A stretch of 19,821 bases of DNA from Gemmatimonadota bacterium (GTDB lineage: Bacteria > Gemmatimonadota > Gemmatimonadetes > Gemmatimonadales > GWC2-71-9): positions 1 to 19,821 of the forward strand of contig JBDHKN010000082.1 of the NCBI GenBank assembly GCA_039586365.1, read 5' to 3'. The translations under genes were made by a program, and so were the position numbers. Below the pieces are notes generated by a model. The model was not told the origin of the DNA. It did no database searches and saw nothing but the letters and a program-made list of their open reading frames with translations. Positions 1 through 9,780 of this stretch are shown here, piece after piece (within the stretch, counting starts at the first letter, position 1; each line of letters starts with the position of its first letter).

Positions 1-50
1 GCGTCGCCTTGGTAAAACGGCGTGACGGTGATAAGAGTGTGGATCCTAGC

Positions 51-1310
51 TCAGAACCGGTCGATTCCTAGAGCTGCTGTGTCGTAGGACGCGCTTCCGT
101 CCATCAAGTGCTCGGCAACCAACTTCCCCGTGACTGGGCCCAGCGTGAGGCCCAACATCGCGTGCCCTGTGGCAACGACAAGTCCTTTGTGCTTCGGTAC
201 CGGCCCGACCACCGGCAATCCGTCTGACATGCAGGGCCGCAGTCCGCACCACTCCGACCTCGACTCGGCTGCTCCGACACCGTTTAGATATTGCTTGGCT
301 GCATTAGTGAGCTGCTCCAACCGCGGCCGTCGGATCACGTGATTGAGACCCGAGAACTCCAACGTCCCCGCAAACCGCACGAAACCGCTCATCGGAGAGC
401 AGAACACGGATTTCTCGCCCAGCATCACGGTGCGTTGGAGCGACGGGGTCTCGCCTTCCCTGGGGATGCGGTCACGATGGTATCCCTTGGCAGGCTGCAG
501 CGGGAGCTTGAGCCCTAGCTTGCGAGTGAGAGCTGGGCTGTAGGCCCCCGCAGCGATGACGACATTGTCTCCGTCCAAGACCGCGCCATCGCTCAGTCTC
601 ACGCCGACAACTCGACCGGCTCGCTCGAGTACGTCTACTACTTCAGTTCCGGTACGGAACGTTGTCCCGTGGTGGCGTGCCCGACCGGCCAGTTCGAGGA
701 CGAAGCGGTACGGATCGACCGTGGCTGCCTTAGGATAGAAGACACCGCCCACCATTTGCTGATTTATGGCGGGCTCGCGCCGCCGCACCTCGTCGCCGTT
801 CAGAATCTGCGGCTGGTAGCCGTGCTGCCGCATGAGAGCGGCTTCACGCTCGGCGCCACTCAGCCCTTGTTCCGTCAGGAAGATGTCGTAGTAGCCCTCA
901 CGCCTGAAGTCGCAATCCAGTTGCTCTTCTCGTATGAGCCGATCGTACAGCGCCAGGGACTCATGACCGAGCGGCCCCAGCACCTGCATGGCCCGAGCGA
1001 CGTTCGCCGGGGTGCAGTTTCTACTGAACTCCCACAGCCAACTGACCAGCCCCGGATCCCAGCGTGGCGCGAGGTAGAGCGGGCTCACTGGATCGAACAG
1101 TGACTTGATCGCCTGCTTCACCCGACCCGGCTTGTTGATGGGGGTGTGACCTGGTGCAATTGCCCCCGCGTTGCCGAACGACGCACCCTTGCCTACCTCG
1201 TCGCGCTCGACAACTGTGACCCTCGCACCCGACTTGGCGAGGTAGTATGCCGAGCACACGCCGATCACTCCGGCGCCAACCACGATTACGTTAGGCCTGG
1301 GACCGTTCAT
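51..1310 (-). CDS. FAD-dependent oxidoreductase, D-amino acid dehydrogenase (DadA-like) family
   Basis: 419 aa ORF; N-terminal Rossmann motif VVGAGVIG, GASFGNAG, PAKGYH, WCGLRP and C-terminal ATGHAMLGLTLGPVTG typical of the DAO/DadA family. Confidence 0.9.
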   Translation of the reverse strand: MNGPRPNVIVVGAGVIGVCSAYYLAKSGARVTVVERDEVGKGASFGNAGAIAPGHTPINKPGRVKQAIKSLFDPVSPLYLAPRWDPGLVSWLWEFSRNCTPANVARAMQVLGPLGHESLALYDRLIREEQLDCDFRREGYYDIFLTEQGLSGAEREAALMRQHGYQPQILNGDEVRRREPAINQQMVGGVFYPKAATVDPYRFVLELAGRARHHGTTFRTGTEVVDVLERAGRVVGVRLSDGAVLDGDNVVIAAGAYSPALTRKLGLKLPLQPAKGYHRDRIPREGETPSLQRTVMLGEKSVFCSPMSGFVRFAGTLEFSGLNHVIRRPRLEQLTNAAKQYLNGVGAAESRSEWCGLRPCMSDGLPVVGPVPKHKGLVVATGHAMLGLTLGPVTGKLVAEHLMDGSASYDTAALGIDRF

Positions 1311-1318
1311 CGAACGAC

Positions 1319-3166
1319 CTAGCGCTCCCGCATGGGCAGGTCGATGGACGAGGCGTACGAGCGGTTGCGCTGTAGGGTGATCGTCGGACGCCCACCGTCC
1401 CGTGGGTAACGTGCAAAGGAGTCTTTGTCTGCCCCCGCAATGGCGACTCGAATCCGGTGCCCTTCCCTGACCAGTACGGAGGTTGCCCAGAGATCGAACC
1501 CGATCTCCGTGATCTCGCCCGGCACCAAGGGCATGGCGTCGGCGCGCAGTTCCGAGTGATAGGGACCGAATTTGCGATACGGGGGAGCGCGGTCCGAGAT
1601 GGCCCGCACGGCGGCGCGAAGTTGCCCCTCGGTTATGTACGTCACGCGACCGTCGGGTGCCACGTTCTCTAAGTACACGAAGATGGCGCCGTCGCTGTGG
1701 GTCGAAGAGACATGCAGCGTGACAACCGGGTGGCCGGTGATCTCCACGTCCCGCTCCATGGGCGCGCTGGTGTAAGTCAGCAGTCTCCGGTCAGCCGCGT
1801 CACGGTCGGGATAGACGACGTCCCCGGCACCACCGTTGGTGAACCAGCGATTTTGCCTCCCGGTCGTGGCGTCGTAGTCGATCTCGTAGCGGTCTGATCC
1901 GCGTTCAGTGCTCGGCCGCTCCTCTGAGAGCTGACCACCGGCGGTGAAGTACCAGGTGTGCGTGGTGAATCCCTCGGGTGGCCACACCTCTGTCCTGTGC
2001 CACTCACCGGCACCCAGAGTGTAGTAGCTGATCTCGCTCGTAATGCCCGGTGCGCCATTGCCCTTGAGGTACATGTGAAAGAAGTCGAACAGCTCGGTAT
2101 ACTGTTCATCGCCGGTAGGCTCGACCGATGTATCCGGCGGCAGGAATGGATCCGCATTGTTGCGAGCACCATGATCCCAGGGGCCGATGAAGACTCGTTG
2201 CGGATTGTCGATGGTTGTGTACCTACCGAGCGCGCCGTTCACCGTGCCAGCGTCGAGCCAGCCAACCCGAATCAACATGGGCACTCCCGACTGTTCGATC
2301 GCGGGCAGGTGGCCTGCCGGACTTCGCAAATACCCCACATTGCGAACGCCGTACGACCCAAAGGGATCGTCGCGGAATTCGTAGTCGAGTGCCGCTTGGT
2401 AGGCATGTGTGTTTGCTTCGTGTTCACGCACTGCCGCGGCCAGCAGAGCGCCACTGGTGTCGGCATCCACCGGTTTGACTCCAGTGATTTGACTCTCGAG
2501 GTCCTGACACTCCGCTCCCGACAGATCTTGCACGGCACAGATGTCGTTCAGGTCCATGTGGTGAACCCGTTCAGCCCAGTCCTGCAGAAACCCTATACAG
2601 AGCACGCTGCCGGGGAACACCAGGTGGCCGAAGTTATCGAAGTCGTTGAACAGCGGTGCTATTGCTTTGACCGCCGGATGTCTGTTTACCGCCAGCATCT
2701 CCGCCGTGTTGCCCGTGTAGGAAACGCCAAACGCACCGACCCGTCCGTTGGACCACGGTTGGGCCACAATCCAATCCACTACCTCACCGTAGTCGCGTAC
2801 CTCTGCCTCGAACAGCTCGTATGGCCTGGTGCCGAACGAGGCTCCGCTCCCGCGCGCGTCCACCAACACCAACGCGTAGCCCGCGTCGTTGAACCGGTTG
2901 GCCAGCTCGTAGTTCGATTCGTCTTCCAGCGAACCTGCTACCACGTCCAGCGCTCTCCAATAGCGCGTGGCTCGCATGACGGTCGGGATCCGCTCCCGTC
3001 GTCCCAGTCCCTCGGGCAGCCATAGGTCGACTGCTATTCTCACTCCATCACGCATAGTGACGTACAGCGCCTGATTGCGGGTGTATGCACCACCACCACT
3101 ACAAGCCACCATGAGACAGGCCACCAGGGGCAAGAGCGGACCAAACAGCCTACTCGAACGCGTCAT
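1319..3166 (-). CDS. CocE/NonD family hydrolase, probable lipoprotein
   Basis: 615 aa; MRDGVRIAVDLWLP, VDARGSGASFG, QPWSNGRVG, nucleophile motif GVSYTG, GPWDHG, C-terminal GHRIRVAI; N-terminal hydrophobic stretch ending in MVAC (lipobox-like). Confidence 0.92.
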   Translation of the reverse strand: MTRSSRLFGPLLPLVACLMVACSGGGAYTRNQALYVTMRDGVRIAVDLWLPEGLGRRERIPTVMRATRYWRALDVVAGSLEDESNYELANRFNDAGYALVLVDARGSGASFGTRPYELFEAEVRDYGEVVDWIVAQPWSNGRVGAFGVSYTGNTAEMLAVNRHPAVKAIAPLFNDFDNFGHLVFPGSVLCIGFLQDWAERVHHMDLNDICAVQDLSGAECQDLESQITGVKPVDADTSGALLAAAVREHEANTHAYQAALDYEFRDDPFGSYGVRNVGYLRSPAGHLPAIEQSGVPMLIRVGWLDAGTVNGALGRYTTIDNPQRVFIGPWDHGARNNADPFLPPDTSVEPTGDEQYTELFDFFHMYLKGNGAPGITSEISYYTLGAGEWHRTEVWPPEGFTTHTWYFTAGGQLSEERPSTERGSDRYEIDYDATTGRQNRWFTNGGAGDVVYPDRDAADRRLLTYTSAPMERDVEITGHPVVTLHVSSTHSDGAIFVYLENVAPDGRVTYITEGQLRAAVRAISDRAPPYRKFGPYHSELRADAMPLVPGEITEIGFDLWATSVLVREGHRIRVAIAGADKDSFARYPRDGGRPTITLQRNRSYASSIDLPMRER

Positions 3167-3169
3167 GGG

Positions 3170-4348
3170 CTACCCCGCTATGCTGTATTCGTAGCGACCA
3201 CGGACTAGATCGTTCTCGGCGAACCTGCTGGCTCTAAACAGATCCGTGGGAAACTCCGGAGAACTCGCCCCAGTAATCAGATCGGCGATCATGAGGCCCA
3301 CCGCGGGGCCCAGCTTGTAGCCGTGGCCGCTGAACCCCGCACAGATGAACGAACCACTGCCAGCCGGTAGCTCGTCCACAATCGGATGCCAGTCGGGGGT
3401 CACCGCGTAGAGACTGGCGTATGCCGTAGTGCTCTCACTCGTCTCCATCGGCGGATAGCGTTTCACAAACCGCTCGGCCATTTCCAGCACAAAACCCGCG
3501 TCGCCGTGTTCGGCGTAGTCTGCGGGATCGACTACCGCATTCGCCTCCGCAGGATCGATCGATCCAACCAGCGTGAGGTTCCCTGTTTCGGGACGGAGGT
3601 AGACACCTTGGATGAAGTCCATCACCACTGGGTGGCGCCGGTATGCCGCGGGACGGCGGAAGACGGCAACTTGCACCCGGCAAGACTCGATCGGCACCTC
3701 CACGCCGGCCAACCTCGCGACCCGGGCACCCCACGGTCCGGCGCAGTTGAGCACTACAGGAGCGCTGTAGTCACCTGCGGGGGTGTTCACCCCAGCCACC
3801 CGGTCACCATCAAAGCGAACGCTGGTGACCTCGGTGTACACCTTGATCTCCACACCGTGGCGTCGTGCGGCGTCTGCGTACCCGTTCACAGTAAGATGGG
3901 GATCGGCGTAGCCGCTGTCCGGTTCGTAGGCCGCAGCGGCAACGTCACTGGTATCCAGCCCAGGTACCATTTCTCGCAGGTCGTCCAGCGACAGCAGTCC
4001 GGTTTTCACACCGAACGGCAGTTGGAAGGCAACGTTGGATTCGAGACCCTCTTTATCACGGGTCGAGGCCAGGGCGACCCAGCCCGTCGACTGGAAGCCG
4101 CAGTCGCCGCCCACTGCAGCATCGAAGTTCTGGAACACCCGCAGGCTGTGGACGGCCATGCGAGCAGTCAGCTCGTTGGAGTAGTGTTGTCGGATTATCG
4201 CCGACGACCTCCCGGTGCCACCCGCACCCACGGTTTCTTTTTCCAGCACCATCACCTTCAGTCCATGGCGCGCCAGCTGGTAGGCAGCACTGCACCCCAT
4301 GATCCCGGCACCGATGACGATCACGTCAGACGTCCGTTTCACTCGCAA
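3170..4348 (-). CDS. FAD-dependent oxidoreductase, sarcosine oxidase beta / DAO family
   Basis: 392 aa; VIGAGIMG, GGTGRSSAIIR, TPDWHPIV, GFSGHGYKLGPAVG; TTG start preceded by an AGGAGGG RBS. Confidence 0.9.
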   Translation of the reverse strand: MRVKRTSDVIVIGAGIMGCSAAYQLARHGLKVMVLEKETVGAGGTGRSSAIIRQHYSNELTARMAVHSLRVFQNFDAAVGGDCGFQSTGWVALASTRDKEGLESNVAFQLPFGVKTGLLSLDDLREMVPGLDTSDVAAAAYEPDSGYADPHLTVNGYADAARRHGVEIKVYTEVTSVRFDGDRVAGVNTPAGDYSAPVVLNCAGPWGARVARLAGVEVPIESCRVQVAVFRRPAAYRRHPVVMDFIQGVYLRPETGNLTLVGSIDPAEANAVVDPADYAEHGDAGFVLEMAERFVKRYPPMETSESTTAYASLYAVTPDWHPIVDELPAGSGSFICAGFSGHGYKLGPAVGLMIADLITGASSPEFPTDLFRASRFAENDLVRGRYEYSIAG

Positions 4349-4542
4349 AGCCCTCCTGGCAATCCAGCCTCGAGAAGCCGGCGCAAGATACCGATGCTTG
4401 CCCGGAACCGACTCCGGGGCTCGAAGAGTGTAAATTACGGCTCGCAGGAAGAACCAGCCAGATTGCCTGAGTCAGTGGGCATGTTCGGCTCTAGGTCAGA
4501 TGCGATCAGTCCAAAGTGGAGGTTTGTGAACGCGTGGGAGCA

Positions 4543-6969
4543 ATGACAGTGAAGGAACTGGGGCCTGCTGCGCTGTATCGTCGCTACGATCCCGAAGAGT
4601 TCGACTTCGAGACAACCGCCGAGCTCGAGGATTTGACCGGCACCGTGGGCCAGCCGCGGGCGGTTGCCGCAGTTGAGTTCGCCGCCGGAATAGCACGTGA
4701 GGGCTACAACATCTTCGCTCTGGGTGCACCCGGGGTCGGTAAGCACTCACTGGTGAGTCATTACTTGGAGAAGCACGCAGAGACCCGTGCGGTCCCGCCA
4801 GACGTCTGCTATGTGCACAACTTCGAAGAACCAGACAAACCGCGTCTGCTGCAGCTTCCGCCAGGCCGCGGCGTCGACCTGCGGCGGGACACGGCGAAAC
4901 TGGCCGAGAACCTGCGTGCTGCGCTCACGGGCGCTTTCGAGAGCGAAGAGTACCAGACCAGGCGTCAGGTAATCGAGGATGAGTTCAAGGAACGTCCTCG
5001 CGAGGAACTGCGAGACATAGAGGAGCGAGCCAAGCAGGAAGGTTTGGTGTTGCTGCGCAGTCCGGTGGGAATGGCATTCGCGCCGACGAAAGACGGCGAA
5101 GTGATGTCGGGGGACGAATTCCGAGCCCTGCCGGAGGAAGAGCAGAAGAAGATTCAGGAAAAGGTGGAGGGCTATCAGGAGGAGGCTCAGAAGGCGCTGC
5201 GACAGATGCCGAGTTGGGACCGTGACCGCCATACCCGAGTCAGAGACCTCGACCGCGAGGTGGTTGAAGCAGCGGTGGCAGCTCCGCTAGACGAGTTACG
5301 GCAGAAGTATGAGTCTCTGCCCGGGGTGGTGGCCTATCTGGACGCCGTGCAACACGATGTTGTCGAGCGCGCCCGTGAACTGGTCGAACAAGACGGACCA
5401 TCGGGGGAGGCTGTCATAGCGGTCGGACCCAAGGGACCAGATCGCAAGGCCTCGATGTCTCGCTACCACGTGAATCTGCTGGTGGACAACAGGGGTACCA
5501 CCGGTGCCCCAGTGATCTACGAAGACAATCCGACATACGACAACCTGATTGGCCGGATCGAGCATGTGGCCCAGTTCGGAGCACTGAGCACCGATTTCAA
5601 TCACATCAAGGCTGGTAGCCTGCACCGTGCCAACGGCGGCTACATCATGTTGGACGCCCACAAGTTGCTGCGTGCACCATACGCATGGGAGGCGCTCAAA
5701 CGCGCACTCCAATCCGGCAATCTCCGGATTGAATCACTCGGTCAAACCCTGAGTATGATGGCCGTGGTGTCGCTCGAGCCAGAGCCACTCCCCCTCAATG
5801 TGCAGGTTGTGTTGCTGGGTGAGCCGATCCTCTACTACCTCCTCAGCCAACACGATCCCGACTTTGAGGAACTCTTCAAGGTGGCATCCGACTTTGCCGA
5901 GCTGATGGATGCGACCCCTGAGAACGTGAAGGGATACGTCAGGCTGTTGGCGACGCTCGCACGTGAAGACAACCTCAGAAGATTCGACCGCAGTGCGGTG
6001 GCGCGCCTCCTGGAGTACAGCTCCAGAGTGGTAGGCGATCAAGAGAGATTGACGGCTCGCATAGGTGTGATCCACGACTTGCTGCGCGAAGCTGACTACT
6101 GGGCAGGCGTAAACGGAGTGGAAGTGGTGAAGGCACAACACGTCCAGCAGGCGATCGACGCACAGATCAACCGGGCAGACCGGGTCCGCGAGCGAGTACA
6201 CGAGCAGATCGCGATGGGGACGATCATGATCGATGTCGCGGGCGCCAAGGCCGGTCAGGTGAACGGGCTCTCGGTGCTGATGCTCGGCAACTTTGCGTTT
6301 GGGCGCCCGAGTCGCCTAACGGCACGAGTTCGACTCGGTCAAGGCAACGTGGTCGACATAGAGCGGGAAGTAGAACTGGGCGGGCCACTTCACTCCAAGG
6401 GAGTCTTGATTCTGGCTGGATATTTGGGTGCGAACTACACACCGGATCAGCCTCTCTCCCTCTCCGCCAGTATCGTATTCGAACAGTCGTACTCGGGCAT
6501 TGACGGTGACAGTGCTTCGGCCGCTGAATTGTTCGCCTTGCTTTCCGCCATCGCCGAGATACCGCTCAAACAGTCGCTCGCGGTGACGGGCTCGGTTAAC
6601 CAACACGGCGAGGTACAGGCGATTGGCGGCGTAAACGAGAAGATCGAGGGGTTCTTTGACGTTTGTTGCGCCAAGGGCATCACGGGTGAGCAAGGTGTCA
6701 TCATTCCAGCATCCAACGTCCGGCACCTGATGCTCAGGAGAGACGTAGTTGCTGCGGTCTCCAGTGGCCAGTTTCACATCTACCCCATCGAGACCATTGA
6801 TCAAGGGCTCGAATTGCTGACGGGGATGCCCACCGCAGCACGACAGTCCAACGGAGAATACCCCGAGGGGACGTTCAATCGCCTCGTCGAGACGAAGCTG
6901 CTGGAGTTGGCCGAGAAGCGTCGCGCGTTCGGCGCTCGAAACGGCGCTGACAAGGAACCTGCAAACTAG
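4543..6969 (+). CDS. Lon-like protease (S16, LonC-type) with AAA-like domain and long coiled-coil insertion
   Basis: Walker A GAPGVGKH, GSLHRANGG, catalytic Ser in DGDSAS and Lys in GGVNEKIEGF. ATG 4543 follows GGGAG; alternative start 4516. Confidence 0.92.
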   Translation: MTVKELGPAALYRRYDPEEFDFETTAELEDLTGTVGQPRAVAAVEFAAGIAREGYNIFALGAPGVGKHSLVSHYLEKHAETRAVPPDVCYVHNFEEPDKPRLLQLPPGRGVDLRRDTAKLAENLRAALTGAFESEEYQTRRQVIEDEFKERPREELRDIEERAKQEGLVLLRSPVGMAFAPTKDGEVMSGDEFRALPEEEQKKIQEKVEGYQEEAQKALRQMPSWDRDRHTRVRDLDREVVEAAVAAPLDELRQKYESLPGVVAYLDAVQHDVVERARELVEQDGPSGEAVIAVGPKGPDRKASMSRYHVNLLVDNRGTTGAPVIYEDNPTYDNLIGRIEHVAQFGALSTDFNHIKAGSLHRANGGYIMLDAHKLLRAPYAWEALKRALQSGNLRIESLGQTLSMMAVVSLEPEPLPLNVQVVLLGEPILYYLLSQHDPDFEELFKVASDFAELMDATPENVKGYVRLLATLAREDNLRRFDRSAVARLLEYSSRVVGDQERLTARIGVIHDLLREADYWAGVNGVEVVKAQHVQQAIDAQINRADRVRERVHEQIAMGTIMIDVAGAKAGQVNGLSVLMLGNFAFGRPSRLTARVRLGQGNVVDIEREVELGGPLHSKGVLILAGYLGANYTPDQPLSLSASIVFEQSYSGIDGDSASAAELFALLSAIAEIPLKQSLAVTGSVNQHGEVQAIGGVNEKIEGFFDVCCAKGITGEQGVIIPASNVRHLMLRRDVVAAVSSGQFHIYPIETIDQGLELLTGMPTAARQSNGEYPEGTFNRLVETKLLELAEKRRAFGARNGADKEPAN

Positions 6970-6987
6970 TTCGGGGAAGCGACATAG

Positions 6988-7818
6988 ATGCGTATTCAGC
7001 GTGTCGTGGTGGCAATCGATGCTTCACCAACGAGCTTGGCGGCACTGGAGGCTACTACTGAACTTGCGGCCAGGTGGGATACGGAGCTGCTCGGGATTTT
7101 CGTTGAAGACACCAACCTACTGCGCATGGCATCGCTCCCATTTGCCCGTGAGGTCGGTTCCCACTCGGGTGCCTTCAGAGCGGTGGATCCGCAAGATATC
7201 AAGCGGCAGTTTCGCTCCCAGGCCGATCGCGCGCGCCGCGCTCTGGAGCGAACGGCACAGCGACTACGCGTAAGGGCATCGTTCGAGGTGGTGCAGGGAT
7301 CGGTCAAGGACGAGCTGCTAGCCGTACTGCGTGAGGGAGACTTGCTGAGCCTGGGCAAGGGTGGTCAGTCGCTGGCGGCCCGCCTCGGGCTGGGATCGAC
7401 AGCGAGGGCCATAGCTACGGCGGCCAAAGGCTGCGTCCTGATGCACTCTCACGTGGCTAGGGTAACCGGCCCGGTCACGGTCATATACGACGGCCATCGC
7501 GCAGCCGATAGAGCGCTGGCCACCGCAGTGGAGCTGGTGCGCGGACACGAAGCGCGACTCATTATCATGTGTATCGCTGCGACGCGCGAAGCCACCCAGG
7601 AACTCGCCCGCACGGCGAGTGCACGGGTCAAGGAGGAAGGAATCGAGGCACGCTGCCGCCACCTTACCGAGGCGGACGCTCCCGAACTGGTGCAGCTTGC
7701 TCGGTTCTTCGGCACCAACACGATAGTGCTCCCGGCCAACAGTCCCACCTTGGGGGAACAAGTGGTGGAGGCAGTCGCCAGGGACTTCGCCGGACCGGTG
7801 CTTGTAGTAGCGGGATAA
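6988..7818 (+). CDS. Universal stress protein (two USP domains)
   Basis: 276 aa; RVVVAIDASPTS start, LGSTARAI motif, second domain VTVIYDG, C-terminal GPVLVV; 18 bp downstream of the Lon-like gene. Confidence 0.85.
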   Translation: MRIQRVVVAIDASPTSLAALEATTELAARWDTELLGIFVEDTNLLRMASLPFAREVGSHSGAFRAVDPQDIKRQFRSQADRARRALERTAQRLRVRASFEVVQGSVKDELLAVLREGDLLSLGKGGQSLAARLGLGSTARAIATAAKGCVLMHSHVARVTGPVTVIYDGHRAADRALATAVELVRGHEARLIIMCIAATREATQELARTASARVKEEGIEARCRHLTEADAPELVQLARFFGTNTIVLPANSPTLGEQVVEAVARDFAGPVLVVAG

Positions 7819-8010
7819 GACCTGTAGTGGGCCATTCACCCAGATCAAGTGGTACTTTGTTGCGACGCCCGAGCCCAGTACCGGAGCTCACTGCTGCCGC
7901 GAGTTCATGGGACTTGCGGCTCTGACGCCACGGCGTCACTGACTCGGATACAATGAACTCGAGACAACGCACTGATGGCATTCTTCCTCGACACTGATCG
8001 GAGCACCGCA

Positions 8011-8544
8011 ATGTTTCCCATCTGCAAGACGGCCGGTTGGAGCCTGGCCGTACTACCTGTCTTACTGCTGGCCGTAGTAGCGGCGCGACCGCAACAGACC
8101 CCAATACTCGCTTATGTGGACAGCGATCAGATTATTCAACAGATGCCGGGATACGCCGCAGCCGACTCGACTTTCCAGAATGAGTCAGAGGTGTGGCGCA
8201 CGGAGCTGCAACAGCTCCAGACGACCCTCGACTCGGCAGTCCGCGCCTTCGACCAAGAGTCCCTTGCTCTATCAGATTCTGTGCGCGACCAGAGGATGGA
8301 GGAGCTACAGCAAATGAGTCGGCTGGTCCAACAACGCAATACCGAGTTGTCACAACGTGCGGAGAGCCGCTGGGCCGAACTGGTCTTGCCGCTGCGGGAA
8401 CGGGGGCGCGCCGTGATCGATGGACTGCGGGCCGAGCGCAACCTGGCATTGGTGTTCGACATCAACGCCCCAGGTATAGTGTCCATCGACCCTGCGCTGG
8501 ACCTGACAGCGGTCGTGCTGAGTCGGCTCCGCGGCAGCGACTGA
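8011..8544 (+). CDS. OmpH/Skp family periplasmic chaperone
   Basis: Signal peptide, LAYVDSDQIIQQMPG, long helical core, LVFD and DLTAVVLSRL at the C-terminus; GGAG upstream of ATG 8011. Confidence 0.88.
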   Translation: MFPICKTAGWSLAVLPVLLLAVVAARPQQTPILAYVDSDQIIQQMPGYAAADSTFQNESEVWRTELQQLQTTLDSAVRAFDQESLALSDSVRDQRMEELQQMSRLVQQRNTELSQRAESRWAELVLPLRERGRAVIDGLRAERNLALVFDINAPGIVSIDPALDLTAVVLSRLRGSD

Positions 8545-8859
8545 CGAGGCCCTGGTCGAAGGACCCGTGTCAGCCGGCCCCTGACCAACAGGGGTGCCTT
8601 GCCCTTGCGGTCGGCGTCGGGGGTGAAGGCAACCCCGAGAGGCACGATGGCCTTCAGCGGTCCTTTCATATTAAGAAGTTTACAGTTAATAACTTACGGC
8701 CCTGTTTTCGAGTTTTACATGAGGTCGTAATTAGTGGCCATACGCGCCTTGCGCGGTTGCCGCCTCGCCGCAAGGGGTCCTCGAGCCCTGAACCAAAATC
8801 TTGCCACCCCTGGCAATCAGGGATAGCTTCGGCATCCCTCCTTGAATAGAGAGCGCGCC

Positions 8860-9096
8860 GTGCCAGAGCCATCTTATGACGTCATGTTCACCCGAGACGA
8901 GCGCCGGGCGATTCGCCATATGCTGAACTCGCACGAGAAATCGCCCTCTTGTCCGCGCTGTGAAAGCCCGCTCGTAGTCAATGGAGGAATGGCCGGTAGC
9001 GGCTATCAGATGTTGCACGTGCGCTGCCAGCCGTGCTACCGGACAGCCTTCGTGGGTGAACTCCCAGGCGATCACTGGGCCAACCCCAACCAGTAG
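8860..9096 (+). CDS. Small CxxC-x24-CxxC putative zinc-ribbon protein, paralog 1
   Basis: CPRC...CQPC; aligns with three other ORFs in the window; GTG start after AGAGAG (start uncertain). Confidence 0.75.
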   Translation: MPEPSYDVMFTRDERRAIRHMLNSHEKSPSCPRCESPLVVNGGMAGSGYQMLHVRCQPCYRTAFVGELPGDHWANPNQ

Positions 9097-9137
9097 GGAG
9101 TTCTCCAGCTCACACCAAGACAGCCGGCTCAACGCAG

Positions 9138-9779
9138 TCATTCCCACACTGCGAACTTCCCCTCGCCCGCGATTTGCTGCATACGACGCGTCAACTCTGC
9201 CATGAATGCCCGGTGGTCGTCTCGACCGTACAGCGGGTCCCCCACGAACACGTCACAGAAGAACGGCACCGGGACGAAGGATCCCTTGGGCAAGCTCTTG
9301 CCGAGACCGTGCATGAACACGGGTATGACGGGTACCTGAGGATGTTGTCGGGCGAGATGCGCCACACCCGTCTTGAAGCTGCCAAGCTGTTCCGGCTCGC
9401 CCCGCGTACCCTCAGGGAACAGGATCACAATGTCGCCCGCGTCAAGAGCGGCCCCAACGGCGGCGAGCGGGTCCGTACCTGGCGTCCTACCCCGGCGCTC
9501 GACGGGGATTATGCCCAGGATGTTCAGAGCAAACCAGGCAATGGCGCGGTTGCGCAGGAAGTAATCCGCCGCTGCAACGGGGTGGAGCCGAGGCAGGAGC
9601 CGGCCAGGAAACAGCGTCATCAGAACCACCGTATCGAGGTGACTGTTGTGGTTTGCGACGAGCACCGCCGGTCCCACTGCCGGCAGCCGCTCGCGGTGGC
9701 GCACGTTCAGTCCTATCACAATCAGCACCACCGGCCGGACAATGAGCCAGAAGAAGAGCAGTTGGAGTGCGTGGCTCAT
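9138..9779 (-). CDS. Lysophospholipid acyltransferase (PlsC family)
   Basis: Catalytic NHNSHLD (HxxxxD) and FPEGTRG motifs. Confidence 0.93.
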   Translation of the reverse strand: MSHALQLLFFWLIVRPVVLIVIGLNVRHRERLPAVGPAVLVANHNSHLDTVVLMTLFPGRLLPRLHPVAAADYFLRNRAIAWFALNILGIIPVERRGRTPGTDPLAAVGAALDAGDIVILFPEGTRGEPEQLGSFKTGVAHLARQHPQVPVIPVFMHGLGKSLPKGSFVPVPFFCDVFVGDPLYGRDDHRAFMAELTRRMQQIAGEGKFAVWE

Positions 9780-9780
9780 G

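Noticed and set aside
1958..4546. Long plus-strand ORFs 1958-3025 and 3386-4546
   Set aside because: Antisense shadows of motif-bearing genes, expected in GC-rich DNA.
8136..8669. 177 aa minus-strand ORF
   Set aside because: Mostly antisense to ompH, with no RBS or recognisable motif.
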